A stretch of DNA of 64,000 bases from Rhodospirillales bacterium (GTDB taxonomy: Bacteria > Pseudomonadota > Alphaproteobacteria > Bin95): assembly GCA_038143065.1 (NCBI GenBank), contig JAYQLI010000035.1, forward strand, positions 1,856,894 to 1,920,893, written 5' to 3'. Positions 53,519-62,963 of the stretch are shown one piece after another (position 1 is the stretch's first letter; each line of letters begins with the position of its first letter). The notes under the pieces are model-generated. The model was not told the DNA's origin. It searched no databases and was given only the letters and a program-made list of their open reading frames with translations. A program made the translations under genes and the position numbers.

Positions 53519-54802
53519 GTGATTGGCTATTCCCAAGACCTTAAAGGAACAATTGGATCAGTGGGTTTGCCCGAAGACCACTTAATCGAATTGGCCACCT
53601 CTCTTAGTGGCGAGCTGAGGGATTTGCAAACAGCGCGAGAAAACGGTGAGAATGAAATACTTGCTCTCGCAGATAAGAAAGATGACCTCGAGGAAATTTT
53701 AGAGGCAGCCGCACGGATCAGTGATAGAGCTAAAACCGTTGTAATACTTGGAACCGGAGGTTCAAGCCTTGGGGGCCAGACATTGGCCAGACTTGCTGAT
53801 CATGGCTTTGGACCTAAACCAAGACGTCCACGAGTAATTTTCTTCGATAACGTTGACCCAACCACTTTCGCAGCTTTCTTCGCCTCTACCGACCCCTCAA
53901 ATACTCGCTTCATTGCAATATCAAAATCCGGATCAACAGCAGAGACCGTTCTGCAAACTCAAGCTTGTATATACTGGTTAAAAACATACTCCAGGATCGC
54001 ACCTAAAGATGTATTTACGATTATTACTGAGGCAAAACCTAGCCTTCTTTCAAAAATAGCAGATGTACACCGTATCCCTCGTATTAGTCATAGCGCTGCA
54101 ATTGGAGGGCGATACTCGGCTCTTTCAACTGTGGGCCTTTTGCCAGCAGCAATAGCAGGACTCGATGTGGCCACAATCCGAAAAGCTGCTGCTGCTTCCA
54201 TGGATGCATCTTTAAAAAACATCCCCAATATAAGTCCAGCTGCGTTAGGCGCAGCAGTTAATGCAGGCCTAAGCCAAGTGAAAAATATAAAGACCTCGGT
54301 ACTAATGCCATATGTGGACGCCCTGCAGCCATTCACTTTTTGGTATCGTCAATTGTGGGCTGAAAGTTTGGGTAAAAATGGTAATGGAACCCTTCCTGTA
54401 AATGCTCTGGGCACAGTAGATCAACACAGTCAATTACAATTATATTTGGGTGGACCGAACGACAAATTCTTTAATCTAATCTTTGCGGAAAAAACTGACT
54501 CAACCGAAGTTCCGTCACTTTCGAAAGAGATTGATCTTGGTTACCTGGATGGAAAGTCCTTTGGTGACTTGTTGGATGCTTCGCAGCGCACTACTGCAGA
54601 AACATTAATTCAACATGGCCGACCAACTCGGGTTTTCCATATCCAACAACCCAATGAGGAAGCGGTTGGCGCCTTGATGGCACACTATATGCTAGAAACG
54701 ATGCTTACTGCCCGACTTTTAGGGGTGAATCCCTTCGACCAACCTGCCGTGGAGGAGAGTAAAGCGCTTGCACGGAACTATCTTGCTGATACGCGTAAAT
54801 AA
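53519..54802 (+). CDS. pgi: Glucose-6-phosphate isomerase (short type)
   Basis: GTGGSSLG, ISKSGSTAET, GGRYS, QLWAESLGK, DQHS, PFDQPAVE. Confidence 0.92.
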   Translation: MIGYSQDLKGTIGSVGLPEDHLIELATSLSGELRDLQTARENGENEILALADKKDDLEEILEAAARISDRAKTVVILGTGGSSLGGQTLARLADHGFGPKPRRPRVIFFDNVDPTTFAAFFASTDPSNTRFIAISKSGSTAETVLQTQACIYWLKTYSRIAPKDVFTIITEAKPSLLSKIADVHRIPRISHSAAIGGRYSALSTVGLLPAAIAGLDVATIRKAAAASMDASLKNIPNISPAALGAAVNAGLSQVKNIKTSVLMPYVDALQPFTFWYRQLWAESLGKNGNGTLPVNALGTVDQHSQLQLYLGGPNDKFFNLIFAEKTDSTEVPSLSKEIDLGYLDGKSFGDLLDASQRTTAETLIQHGRPTRVFHIQQPNEEAVGALMAHYMLETMLTARLLGVNPFDQPAVEESKALARNYLADTRK

Positions 54803-56541
54803 TGAGTATTCGTCGACTACCCTCTGGCCTGATTAACCGTATCGCTGCCGGCGAGGTAATCGAACGACCTGCAGCTGTCGTGAAAGAGTTTGTGGAAACT
54901 GCCCTAGCCGCCGGCGCTAAACGTATTGATGTCATTTTAGCAGAAGGCGGACGAACGCGGATATCTGTAGCCGATGATGGTAACGGGATGGCACCAGACG
55001 ATCTTTGTCTCGCCATAGAAAGACATGCAACGTCTAAGCTGCCAGATGACGATCTCGTGCATATAACGAACCTTGGGTTTAGAGGTGAAGCATTACCTTC
55101 AATAGGTGCAGTAGCACGCCTCACACTGACTAGCAGGCAAGAAGGCTTGGACTCGGCGTGGCGTATCAAGGTCATGGGTGGTCAGGTATTCAAACCAGAG
55201 CCAGCAGCACGCTCTAAAGGTACGACAGCAGAGGCGCTGGATCTATTCTTTGCAACGCCTGCTCGTCTTAAATTTTTACGTGCCCCCCGAAGCGAAACAC
55301 AGGCATGCGTCGAAGTCGTGCGCCGCCTAGGTCTAAGCCGCTCCGATGTTGCTTTTACTCTAGAAAACGACGGGAAACGAATCTTAGACTTTCCTTCTGT
55401 TAAGGCTTCAGAGCCCGAAGAAATCCTAAGCCGCGCAGGAACCATTCTTGGCCAAGACTTTTCCAATACAGCACGCAAAATTGAGGCCGGTCGAGAAGGC
55501 ATCAGGCTATATGGCTACTCAAGCGGGCCATCCTATGACCGGGCAAATGGCCTCGCTCAATATTTCTTTGTAAATGGCAGACCAGTGCGCGACCCGCAGC
55601 TTTTGGGTGCAGCACGTGCAGCTTACGCTGACCTTCTGCCACGCAGTCGTTTTCCAGCGCTTGCGCTGTTCTTGGAACTTCCTTCTCATTTGGTGGATGT
55701 CAATGTGCATCCAGCAAAAACAGAAGTGCGCTTCCGTGAGCCAGGTCTAATTCGAGCATTGATTGTATCTTCGCTAAAACAGGCTCTCGCGAGTGCTGAC
55801 TTCGGGGGCCAAGAAGCAACATCTTCGTCTGCCATTTCTAACTGGAAAGAACGGCCTCAGCTCAACCCTTTTACACAAGCGCCAATTCAAAATTTTGCTT
55901 TTGGTTCATTTCCCCCATCGGCGTCTGTAGAAAACGTGCCACCTTCCAATGAGGAGTTACGCCATCCCTTAGGTGCCGCGCGAGCACAATTGCACGGCAA
56001 TTACATCTTAGCTCAAACGGAGAAGGGTATAGTGCTGGTAGACCAGCATGCTGCCCATGAACGTTTGGTATACGAACGACTAAAAGCCGCCCGCTCAGAA
56101 GGCGGTGTTCCTCGACAGATATTACTTGTACCAGAGGTAGTTGAGATAGATGCCGCTGCAGCAATAGCTCTCACTGATCAAGCAGAAGCGCTGGCTGAAC
56201 TTGGATTGGTTGTAGAAGCTTTTGGGCCTGGCGCAGTCTTGGTTCGGGAAACCCCTGCACCATTGGGCGAGGCAGATGTCCAAAGCCTGATTAAGGACCT
56301 TGCCGACGAAATCCTAGCTGCAGAAACATCAGAACCTCTACTCAAGCGTTTGGATGCAGTTGCCGCAACAATAGCATGTCATGGAAGCGTCCGCTCAGGC
56401 CGTCAATTAAATCAGGCGGAAATGAACGCCCTTTTGCGCGAAATGGAAGCAACTCCAAATTCTGAACGGTGTAATCATGGACGGCCAACATATATAAGAC
56501 TCGAGCTTTCCGAGCTCGAGCGCCTATTTGAGCGCCGGTAA
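54802..56541 (+). CDS. mutL: DNA mismatch repair endonuclease MutL
   Basis: IAAGEVIERP, RHATSK, GFRGEAL, VDVNVHPAK, DQHAAHER, ACH, CNHGRP. Confidence 0.95.
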   Translation: MSIRRLPSGLINRIAAGEVIERPAAVVKEFVETALAAGAKRIDVILAEGGRTRISVADDGNGMAPDDLCLAIERHATSKLPDDDLVHITNLGFRGEALPSIGAVARLTLTSRQEGLDSAWRIKVMGGQVFKPEPAARSKGTTAEALDLFFATPARLKFLRAPRSETQACVEVVRRLGLSRSDVAFTLENDGKRILDFPSVKASEPEEILSRAGTILGQDFSNTARKIEAGREGIRLYGYSSGPSYDRANGLAQYFFVNGRPVRDPQLLGAARAAYADLLPRSRFPALALFLELPSHLVDVNVHPAKTEVRFREPGLIRALIVSSLKQALASADFGGQEATSSSAISNWKERPQLNPFTQAPIQNFAFGSFPPSASVENVPPSNEELRHPLGAARAQLHGNYILAQTEKGIVLVDQHAAHERLVYERLKAARSEGGVPRQILLVPEVVEIDAAAAIALTDQAEALAELGLVVEAFGPGAVLVRETPAPLGEADVQSLIKDLADEILAAETSEPLLKRLDAVAATIACHGSVRSGRQLNQAEMNALLREMEATPNSERCNHGRPTYIRLELSELERLFERR

Positions 56542-56561
56542 ATTTTGAAAGGAATTTAAAA

Positions 56562-56828
56562 ATGAAAGATCTTGATGCGAAGACCCAGACCGAGCTTGAA
56601 GCTGCAGCCTTTCGAACCCTTGTAAGCCATCTAAGTGAACGAACGGACGTACAAAACATTGATCTTATGAATCTGGCAGCCTTCTGCCGAAACTGCCTTT
56701 CGAAATGGTACACAGCCGCAGCAAAAGAAAAGGGCTTGGGCTTAGACTATGAGGGCGCCAGAGAAATTGTATACGGGATGCCTTATGACGAATGGAAAGC
56801 TATTCTTCAGAAAGAAGCTAGTAATTAA
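56562..56828 (+). CDS. DUF1244 family protein
   Basis: ELEAAAFR, DVQNIDLMNLA.FCRNCLSKWY, YGMPYDEWK. Confidence 0.88.
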   Translation: MKDLDAKTQTELEAAAFRTLVSHLSERTDVQNIDLMNLAAFCRNCLSKWYTAAAKEKGLGLDYEGAREIVYGMPYDEWKAILQKEASN

Positions 56829-56939
56829 CAGATTTTGGCATTTTAAGTCGCCTACAAAAGCTTGTTTCAATAACTGAAGACATTACGCCGCGCGATCTAA
56901 TCTTCTCTAGAATTAACAGTCGCGCTATGGACCTTCGCA

Positions 56940-57830
56940 ATGCCCTATCAATCCAACCTTACCGGACCTACATCTAGGTTCTTCACTTCTCAACGTTTGC
57001 GCCTCCATTATGTTGAATGGGGCCCCCAAGAAGCGCCACCATTAGTTCTCGTCCATGGTGGCCGAGATCATTGTCGTAACTGGGATTGGGTGGCTACTGA
57101 TCTTGCCAAAGACTATCGCATCGTTGCCCCTGACCTTCGCGGCCACGGTGACTCTGCCTGGTTGATAGGCGGCGGGTATAGGATGACGGATTATGTTTAC
57201 GATTTAGCGCAACTTTTCTTTCACTTAAATCTTAAGCATGCACCGATTATTGGACACAGCCTTGGTGGGGCTATCACCCTTCAATTCGCAGGTGCGTTTC
57301 CGGACATGGTAGAGAGACTAATTGCAATTGAAGGGCTCGGCCTTTCACCAGAGCGGCTGGAGCGTGATTCCAAGGTTTCAACACAAGAAAAAATGCAGAA
57401 ATGGATTTCTGACACCCGAAGCGCCGCAGGTCGGACGCCTAAAAGATACGCTTCAATAGAAGAAGCTGCAGCCCGCATGCACGAAGCAAACAGCCATTTA
57501 TCTCAGGAACAAGCATGGCACCTTACAGTTCATGGAGTGAATCAAAACGAAGATGGTACGTATAGTTGGAAATTTGATAACTATGTTCGAATAAACCGCC
57601 CTTTTGGCCTTACCCCCGAAGAAACCAGAGACTTTTGGCGAGAAATAAAGTGTCCAGTTTTGTTGATCCGAGGAAAAGAAAGCTGGGCAAGCGATCCATT
57701 AAAAGATGGCCGTGCTACTTTCTTTAAAAATGCCCGTGTAGAGAATTTTGAAAGGGCCGGCCATTGGGTTCATCATGACCGTCTAGACGCTTTCTTGCCA
57801 ATGGCGCGGGATTTTCTCTCAGGAAAATAA
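56940..57830 (+). CDS. Alpha/beta hydrolase
   Basis: VHGGRDH, DLRGHGDS, GHSLG, AGHWVHHD. Confidence 0.88.
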   Translation: MPYQSNLTGPTSRFFTSQRLRLHYVEWGPQEAPPLVLVHGGRDHCRNWDWVATDLAKDYRIVAPDLRGHGDSAWLIGGGYRMTDYVYDLAQLFFHLNLKHAPIIGHSLGGAITLQFAGAFPDMVERLIAIEGLGLSPERLERDSKVSTQEKMQKWISDTRSAAGRTPKRYASIEEAAARMHEANSHLSQEQAWHLTVHGVNQNEDGTYSWKFDNYVRINRPFGLTPEETRDFWREIKCPVLLIRGKESWASDPLKDGRATFFKNARVENFERAGHWVHHDRLDAFLPMARDFLSGK

Positions 57831-57842
57831 ATTCTGTTTTCT

Positions 57843-57857
57843 GCAAGAATCGGGTGG
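57843..57857. promoter_or_regulatory. Putative Ada-type operator upstream of the methyltransferase/regulator gene
   Basis: GCAAGAATCGGGTGG about 60 bp upstream of the gene; contains the Ada B-box GCAA followed by CGG. Confidence 0.4.
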
Positions 57858-57918
57858 TTGGTTAAAATCATTATTTGCAAAATTAACCCTATGATCGCTG
57901 TGCTCTGAGCAAATATGG

Positions 57919-58773
57919 ATGACCCACACAGATACTTACCACACGATTGAAAAGGCGATGGCAATAATTGCCGATATGCAGCATGAGCAGCCAGAGCTCT
58001 CCTGGATATCAGCAGAGCTCGGCCTATCAGAATCCTACTTACAACGGACATTTAAACAGTGGGTGGGATTAAGCCCTAAGAAATTTCTTCAACACCTCAC
58101 TCTCAATTACGCGAAAACCCGCCTGGAGGAAGGTGCAAGCATTCTTGATGCTTCAATGGATGCTGGTCTTTCTGCACCATCGCGCATGCATGATCTTTTT
58201 GTAATACATGAGGGCTTCAGCCCAGGCGAATATAAAAATCGCGGATATGGGATCACAATTACGTGGGGCTGGGCAAAAAGTCCTTTTGGTGCTGCACTTG
58301 TAATGCAGCGCAAGGGTCGACTTGTTGGCCTTGCATTTGCCTCCGCCGGAGAAACAGGAACTAAAGAGCACTCAAATGTTTTGGCCAATATGAAAGCACG
58401 TTGGCCCGCAGCTGTTTTCATCGAAGATAGTGAGGCCGCCAATTCAATGGGCCAATGCATTTTTGGCCCAAAAAATAAAAAAATTGAACTTCAACTCCTT
58501 GGCACCCCTTTTCAGATCAAGGTGTGGCAAGCATTACTGGAAATACCTTCCGGCGGGCTGGTCGCTTACGGCGATATTGCTAAAAGTATTGCTGCGCCTC
58601 GAGCTGCCAGAGCTATAGGCGCAGCAATAGGCAGAAACCCAATCTCCTGGCTCATCCCTTGCCACCGAGTAATCTTGTCTAATGGATATTTACGAAACTA
58701 CGAGTGGGGAATACCGCGAAAACTTGCAATGATTGGCTGGGAAGCTGCTGAACAGAGTAAGCGTCAGCCGTAA
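57919..58773 (+). CDS. AraC-HTH / O6-methylguanine-DNA methyltransferase fusion (Ada-like, no N-terminal Zn domain)
   Basis: LQRTFKQWVGLSPKKF, SRMHDLF, GTPFQIKVWQAL, IPCHRVI active-site Cys. Confidence 0.88.
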   Translation: MTHTDTYHTIEKAMAIIADMQHEQPELSWISAELGLSESYLQRTFKQWVGLSPKKFLQHLTLNYAKTRLEEGASILDASMDAGLSAPSRMHDLFVIHEGFSPGEYKNRGYGITITWGWAKSPFGAALVMQRKGRLVGLAFASAGETGTKEHSNVLANMKARWPAAVFIEDSEAANSMGQCIFGPKNKKIELQLLGTPFQIKVWQALLEIPSGGLVAYGDIAKSIAAPRAARAIGAAIGRNPISWLIPCHRVILSNGYLRNYEWGIPRKLAMIGWEAAEQSKRQP

Positions 58774-59238
58774 CTACCTAAGAGACTGAAAAAAATCAGC
58801 CAACATCTTTGCGGCTTCTTTTTCTCTATACCCTCCAATGATTTCAGGAACATGGCGGCATGTTTCTCGCTGAAATACGCGAGCACCATGTTCAACACCT
58901 CCGCCTTTAGAGTCGTAAGCTCCAAAGACAATGCGATTAATGCGTGCGTGCTCTATGGCACCTGCACACATGGCACATGGCTCTAGGGTGACATAAAGTG
59001 TGCAATCAGAAAGTCTTGCAACGCCAAGCCGTTGGGCCGCGATCCGTAAAGCCAAAGTTTCAGCATGAGCCGTTGGATCAGGCGTTGTTTCGACAAGATT
59101 ATGAGCAACGCTTATGCACTGCTTGCCCCTGGCTACAACTGCGCCAACGGGCACCTCACCTGCTTCTGCCGCAGCTCGAGCCGCAAAGAAGGCGGCATCC
59201 ATCATCAAGGCATCAATCGGTGGGGACACAGCAGCCAT
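58774..59238 (-). CDS. tadA: tRNA adenosine(34) deaminase
   Basis: GEVPVGAV, DPTAHAE, TLEPCAMCAGA, FFQSLR. Confidence 0.9.
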   Translation of the reverse strand: MAAVSPPIDALMMDAAFFAARAAAEAGEVPVGAVVARGKQCISVAHNLVETTPDPTAHAETLALRIAAQRLGVARLSDCTLYVTLEPCAMCAGAIEHARINRIVFGAYDSKGGGVEHGARVFQRETCRHVPEIIGGYREKEAAKMLADFFQSLR

Positions 59239-59302
59239 ATTTATGATATGTACACCTATCGTTTTTAGCGGCAAAATTATTTCGTGAGAAGGCGTCAACA
59301 AC

Positions 59303-59800
59303 TTGCGTGCTTTTATATCAATCGCACTCTTTATCTCTACTTTTTTAGCAGCAATGCCTTCTAAGGCTCAGTCTGTTCGGGAAACAACTCGCATTTTTCA
59401 AGATTGGCGGGAAGGCTGTGAGGCCCGGACAGATACCAAAGAGGTTTGCTTCATATTTCAACGACTATCTTATCAAGATAGGCCTGCAGCAAATATTATG
59501 GTGGGCTTTAAGTTGGGGCAGACGGTTCCGATCGCTGTAATCAATCTACCACTTGGCGCAATATTATTGCCCGATGGCCTTCGAATTAAGATTGATCAAG
59601 GTATCGACGGCTGGGCCCCATTTCGCTTTTGCGACCAACTTGGGTGCCATGTTGAAATGGAAATTGAAGATAAGCTTTTTGAGGCGATGAAAAACGGATT
59701 GAAAGGCGTTTTAGTATTCAGAGACTTAAACGGCCGAGAAATTGAAGTTTCTTTATCACTTCGTGGTTTTACCGCTGGTCTTAAAGCCATACAGCGCTGA
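59303..59800 (+). CDS. Invasion-associated locus B (IalB) family secreted protein
   Basis: Signal peptide; FQDW..C..C..Q, LPLG..LPDG, FC...GC, SLRGFTA. Confidence 0.8.
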   Translation: MRAFISIALFISTFLAAMPSKAQSVRETTRIFQDWREGCEARTDTKEVCFIFQRLSYQDRPAANIMVGFKLGQTVPIAVINLPLGAILLPDGLRIKIDQGIDGWAPFRFCDQLGCHVEMEIEDKLFEAMKNGLKGVLVFRDLNGREIEVSLSLRGFTAGLKAIQR

Positions 59801-59901
59801 ATTAGCGCCAGACGAGACAAACTCAATTTTTGGATCAGTAGTTTCGCAAGCTACTATTCCGAACTAAGCTTTCTCATGTCCAACGGACAAAGAGGAAAGC
59901 A

Positions 59902-61542
59902 ATGAGCAAAAACCATGATGCCATCGTAGTGGCTGCTCAACCAGAAGCGGCCGAGGCAGGAGCTAGAGTGCTCATGCGTGGTGGCAATGCCGTTGATGCT
60001 GCCATGACTGCCGCTTTAGTTCAGGGCGTTGTTGACCCTCAAATGTGCGGTATTGCTGGGTTTGGCTCCACGCACCTCTACCTTCCGAAAATTGGCGTGC
60101 ACGAGTGCATCGATTTTCACGGAAATACTCCCTTAGCAGCAAAACCGGAAATGTGGGCCAACCTAATTTCAGGAGAAACACGAGATGGCTTTGGCTTTAT
60201 TTTAAAAGGCCTCGTCAACGACCTGGGCTATCAAGCAATCACCACACCGGGAAGTCTTAAGGCTTATCATGCTGCAGTAGAAGATTATGGGACATGGGAT
60301 TGGGCCGACATCTGTCAGCCTGCAATCACTCAAGCACAGAAAGGTTTTGTTGTCCGACCTCATGTTCACTTCTGGTGGACGCAAGGGGCTGCATTTGGAC
60401 GGGCTGAGGTGTCAGATCGGTTAAAATTCTCAGCTACTGGGCGCGAAACCTATTTTCGAGCTGATGGAACTCTAAAACGTGTTGGCGACCTTATTACCAA
60501 CCCTGATCTTGCCAAAACCCTGGAAAGAATTGCCAAGGGCGGTTCTGCTGTTTTTTACGAAGGTGAAATTGCTGAGGAAATTGACTCGGATATGAGGGCA
60601 AATGGCGGGCTTTTGCGAAAGGAAGATCTGGCCAAGTACATCCTAGTACGCGGCGCCCCAATTTGGACCAATTATCGCGGCTATAGGATTGCATCTAACA
60701 GCCCTCCTGGCGGAGGTATTCAACTTCTAGAAATGTTAAATATTCTAGAAAATTTTGACTTGGCAGAGATTGGCCATAACGAGCCTGAATATATACGAAT
60801 TCTGGCTGAAGCCATGAAGCAAGCCACCATTGATAAAGATGCTTTTGTTGGTGACCCTGCATTTGTTGAAGTCCCCATTGAACATTTACTATCAAAAAAA
60901 TATGCGGCGGGAATCGCGCGCCGCATTCGTCAAAGAGAGAAGGCAGAGGTAGAGCGCTATCAGGGTGGTTTAGAAGAAAGCCGAGATACCACTCACATTG
61001 TTGTTCGCGACCGTGATGGCAATATTGTAACTATGACCCATTCGCTTGGGATGCCTTCCGGCGTAATCACAGATGGACTTGGTTTTATGTACAACGGCTG
61101 CATGGGTGTATTTGACCCGAGACCCGGCCGTGCAGGATCTGTAGCTCCAGGAAAAAGCCGCTTCTCCTCTCTCTGTCCAACCATTGTATTTGATGGAGAC
61201 AGACCCGTGATTGCCCTGGGTGCTCCTGGAGGCACCCAGATTGCGATGGGCGTTATGCAAACAATTTTAAATATGCTCGATTTCAAAATGTCGCCTGTTG
61301 AAGCAGTCTCCGCTCCAAGAGTTTCTGCTACAAGCAACGTGATCGATATTGCCAACCAGATCCCAAACTATGCCATTGAACCACTAGAAGCAGAGGGCTA
61401 TCAGGTTCAAAGATCACCATTAACTTTTGCCTTTTCTGCTCCCCACGCAATTGACTTTTACCCCAATAAAAAACTTCGTGGAGGAGGGGACCCTAGTCAC
61501 GATGGCGCCACTTTGACTGTTCGTCAGGGTAGTATGCAATGA
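59902..61542 (+). CDS. Gamma-glutamyltransferase-fold Ntn hydrolase (no signal peptide)
   Basis: GGNAVDAA, DTTH nucleophile, SSLCPT, GAPGG. Confidence 0.88.
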   Translation: MSKNHDAIVVAAQPEAAEAGARVLMRGGNAVDAAMTAALVQGVVDPQMCGIAGFGSTHLYLPKIGVHECIDFHGNTPLAAKPEMWANLISGETRDGFGFILKGLVNDLGYQAITTPGSLKAYHAAVEDYGTWDWADICQPAITQAQKGFVVRPHVHFWWTQGAAFGRAEVSDRLKFSATGRETYFRADGTLKRVGDLITNPDLAKTLERIAKGGSAVFYEGEIAEEIDSDMRANGGLLRKEDLAKYILVRGAPIWTNYRGYRIASNSPPGGGIQLLEMLNILENFDLAEIGHNEPEYIRILAEAMKQATIDKDAFVGDPAFVEVPIEHLLSKKYAAGIARRIRQREKAEVERYQGGLEESRDTTHIVVRDRDGNIVTMTHSLGMPSGVITDGLGFMYNGCMGVFDPRPGRAGSVAPGKSRFSSLCPTIVFDGDRPVIALGAPGGTQIAMGVMQTILNMLDFKMSPVEAVSAPRVSATSNVIDIANQIPNYAIEPLEAEGYQVQRSPLTFAFSAPHAIDFYPNKKLRGGGDPSHDGATLTVRQGSMQ

Positions 61543-62957
61543 GCGAAGAAATAATCTGGGCGAGTGCCACAGAAATAGCAAAGCGCATAGCAAGTCGTAA
61601 GATTTCTCCCGTGGAGGTTATGGCGGCAACTTTAAGACAAGCGCGCCTCGTTCAGGAAAATTGCAATGCCTTCATCACCATTGATGAAGAACGGGCAATG
61701 GCCAGGGCGCGTGAAGCAGAAAATGGAACACCGAGAGGTTCTCTGCATGGTGTGCCCATTTCTGTGAAAGATTTATGTAACACCAGAGGTCTTCGTACTA
61801 CTTTCGGCAGCCAAGCTTTTAAAGATAACATTCCAACGACAGACTGCGTCGCAGTTGCTCGCCTTAAGGCAGCAGGTGCCATTGTCTTCGCAAAAACAAC
61901 AACGCCCGAATTTGGGCATAAACCACTGACAGAGGCGCCTATTTTTGGCCGAACCCTGAATCCCTGGGATCGCAATCGTACCACCGGTGGCTCATCCGGG
62001 GGATCAGGGGCCGCAGTAGCTGCAGGAGCTGGATCGCTTGCTGTGGGCACAGATGGAGGCGGGTCAACCCGTATCCCGGCAGCGGCCTGCGGACTCGTCG
62101 GGATGAAGCAAAGCTTAGGGGTTGTTCCTCATGATCAGACACCAGATGCCTTCGGCCTGCTAGCCTATGTTGGTCCAATGGCCCGCACGGTAGCTGATGC
62201 TGGACTTATGTTAGAAGCGATGGCTGGACCAGATTCTAGTGATCCACATTCATTAGGCCGAGAGCTCCAAGGCATACAAAGAGCAGCGTCCCAGCCCTTA
62301 GACCTGAAGGGCGTCAAAATTGGTTGGCGAACCCATTTGGGAAACTCACTAGTTGATAAAGAAACTCTTTCTGCTTTTCAGGCCAGCTTAGAAATTTTGG
62401 AAAGTCTCGGCGCTACTCTCATTGAAAGGGATGATTCTTTCGATAATACACTCTCAGTTTGGGGGCCTCTCACTTTTTCTATTTGGGCATGTCGTTTTGC
62501 GCAAATAGAAAAAGAGATAGGTGCAGAAATGAGCGATACGCTGCGTTATTGGATGAATGAAGGCCGAAACTACGGGGCCGTTGACGTGCAGAGAGCAATG
62601 GAAACACGCACTCTTTTATACCGTCAGATACAATCTTGGTTTTCCGAAATTGATTTTCTCGTCACTCCTACACTTGCCTGTCCAGCTTTGCCTGCCGACC
62701 AGAGCCCATTTGATCCCGTTATGATTAATAATAACGAAGCTGGAGGTCTTAGAGATGGTTGGTATCCATATACCCATCCATTTAACTTGAGTGGACACCC
62801 GGCTATCACTCTGCCAAATGGGTTTACAAAAGATGGCCTTCCAACTGGCGGAATCCAGTTTGCGGGACCCTGGCTGACAGACACACGGCTTCTGGAATTA
62901 AGTGCTGCCTATGAAGGAGCCGCTGGCATTTCGATGCGCAGGCCAAGCTTTTCCTGA
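61539..62957 (+). CDS. Amidase (amidase-signature family)
   Basis: VKDL, GGSSGGS, GTDGGGSTRIPA (Lys-cisSer-Ser triad); ATGA overlap with the GGT gene. Confidence 0.92.
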   Translation: MSEEIIWASATEIAKRIASRKISPVEVMAATLRQARLVQENCNAFITIDEERAMARAREAENGTPRGSLHGVPISVKDLCNTRGLRTTFGSQAFKDNIPTTDCVAVARLKAAGAIVFAKTTTPEFGHKPLTEAPIFGRTLNPWDRNRTTGGSSGGSGAAVAAGAGSLAVGTDGGGSTRIPAAACGLVGMKQSLGVVPHDQTPDAFGLLAYVGPMARTVADAGLMLEAMAGPDSSDPHSLGRELQGIQRAASQPLDLKGVKIGWRTHLGNSLVDKETLSAFQASLEILESLGATLIERDDSFDNTLSVWGPLTFSIWACRFAQIEKEIGAEMSDTLRYWMNEGRNYGAVDVQRAMETRTLLYRQIQSWFSEIDFLVTPTLACPALPADQSPFDPVMINNNEAGGLRDGWYPYTHPFNLSGHPAITLPNGFTKDGLPTGGIQFAGPWLTDTRLLELSAAYEGAAGISMRRPSFS

Positions 62958-62963
62958 GTTTTC

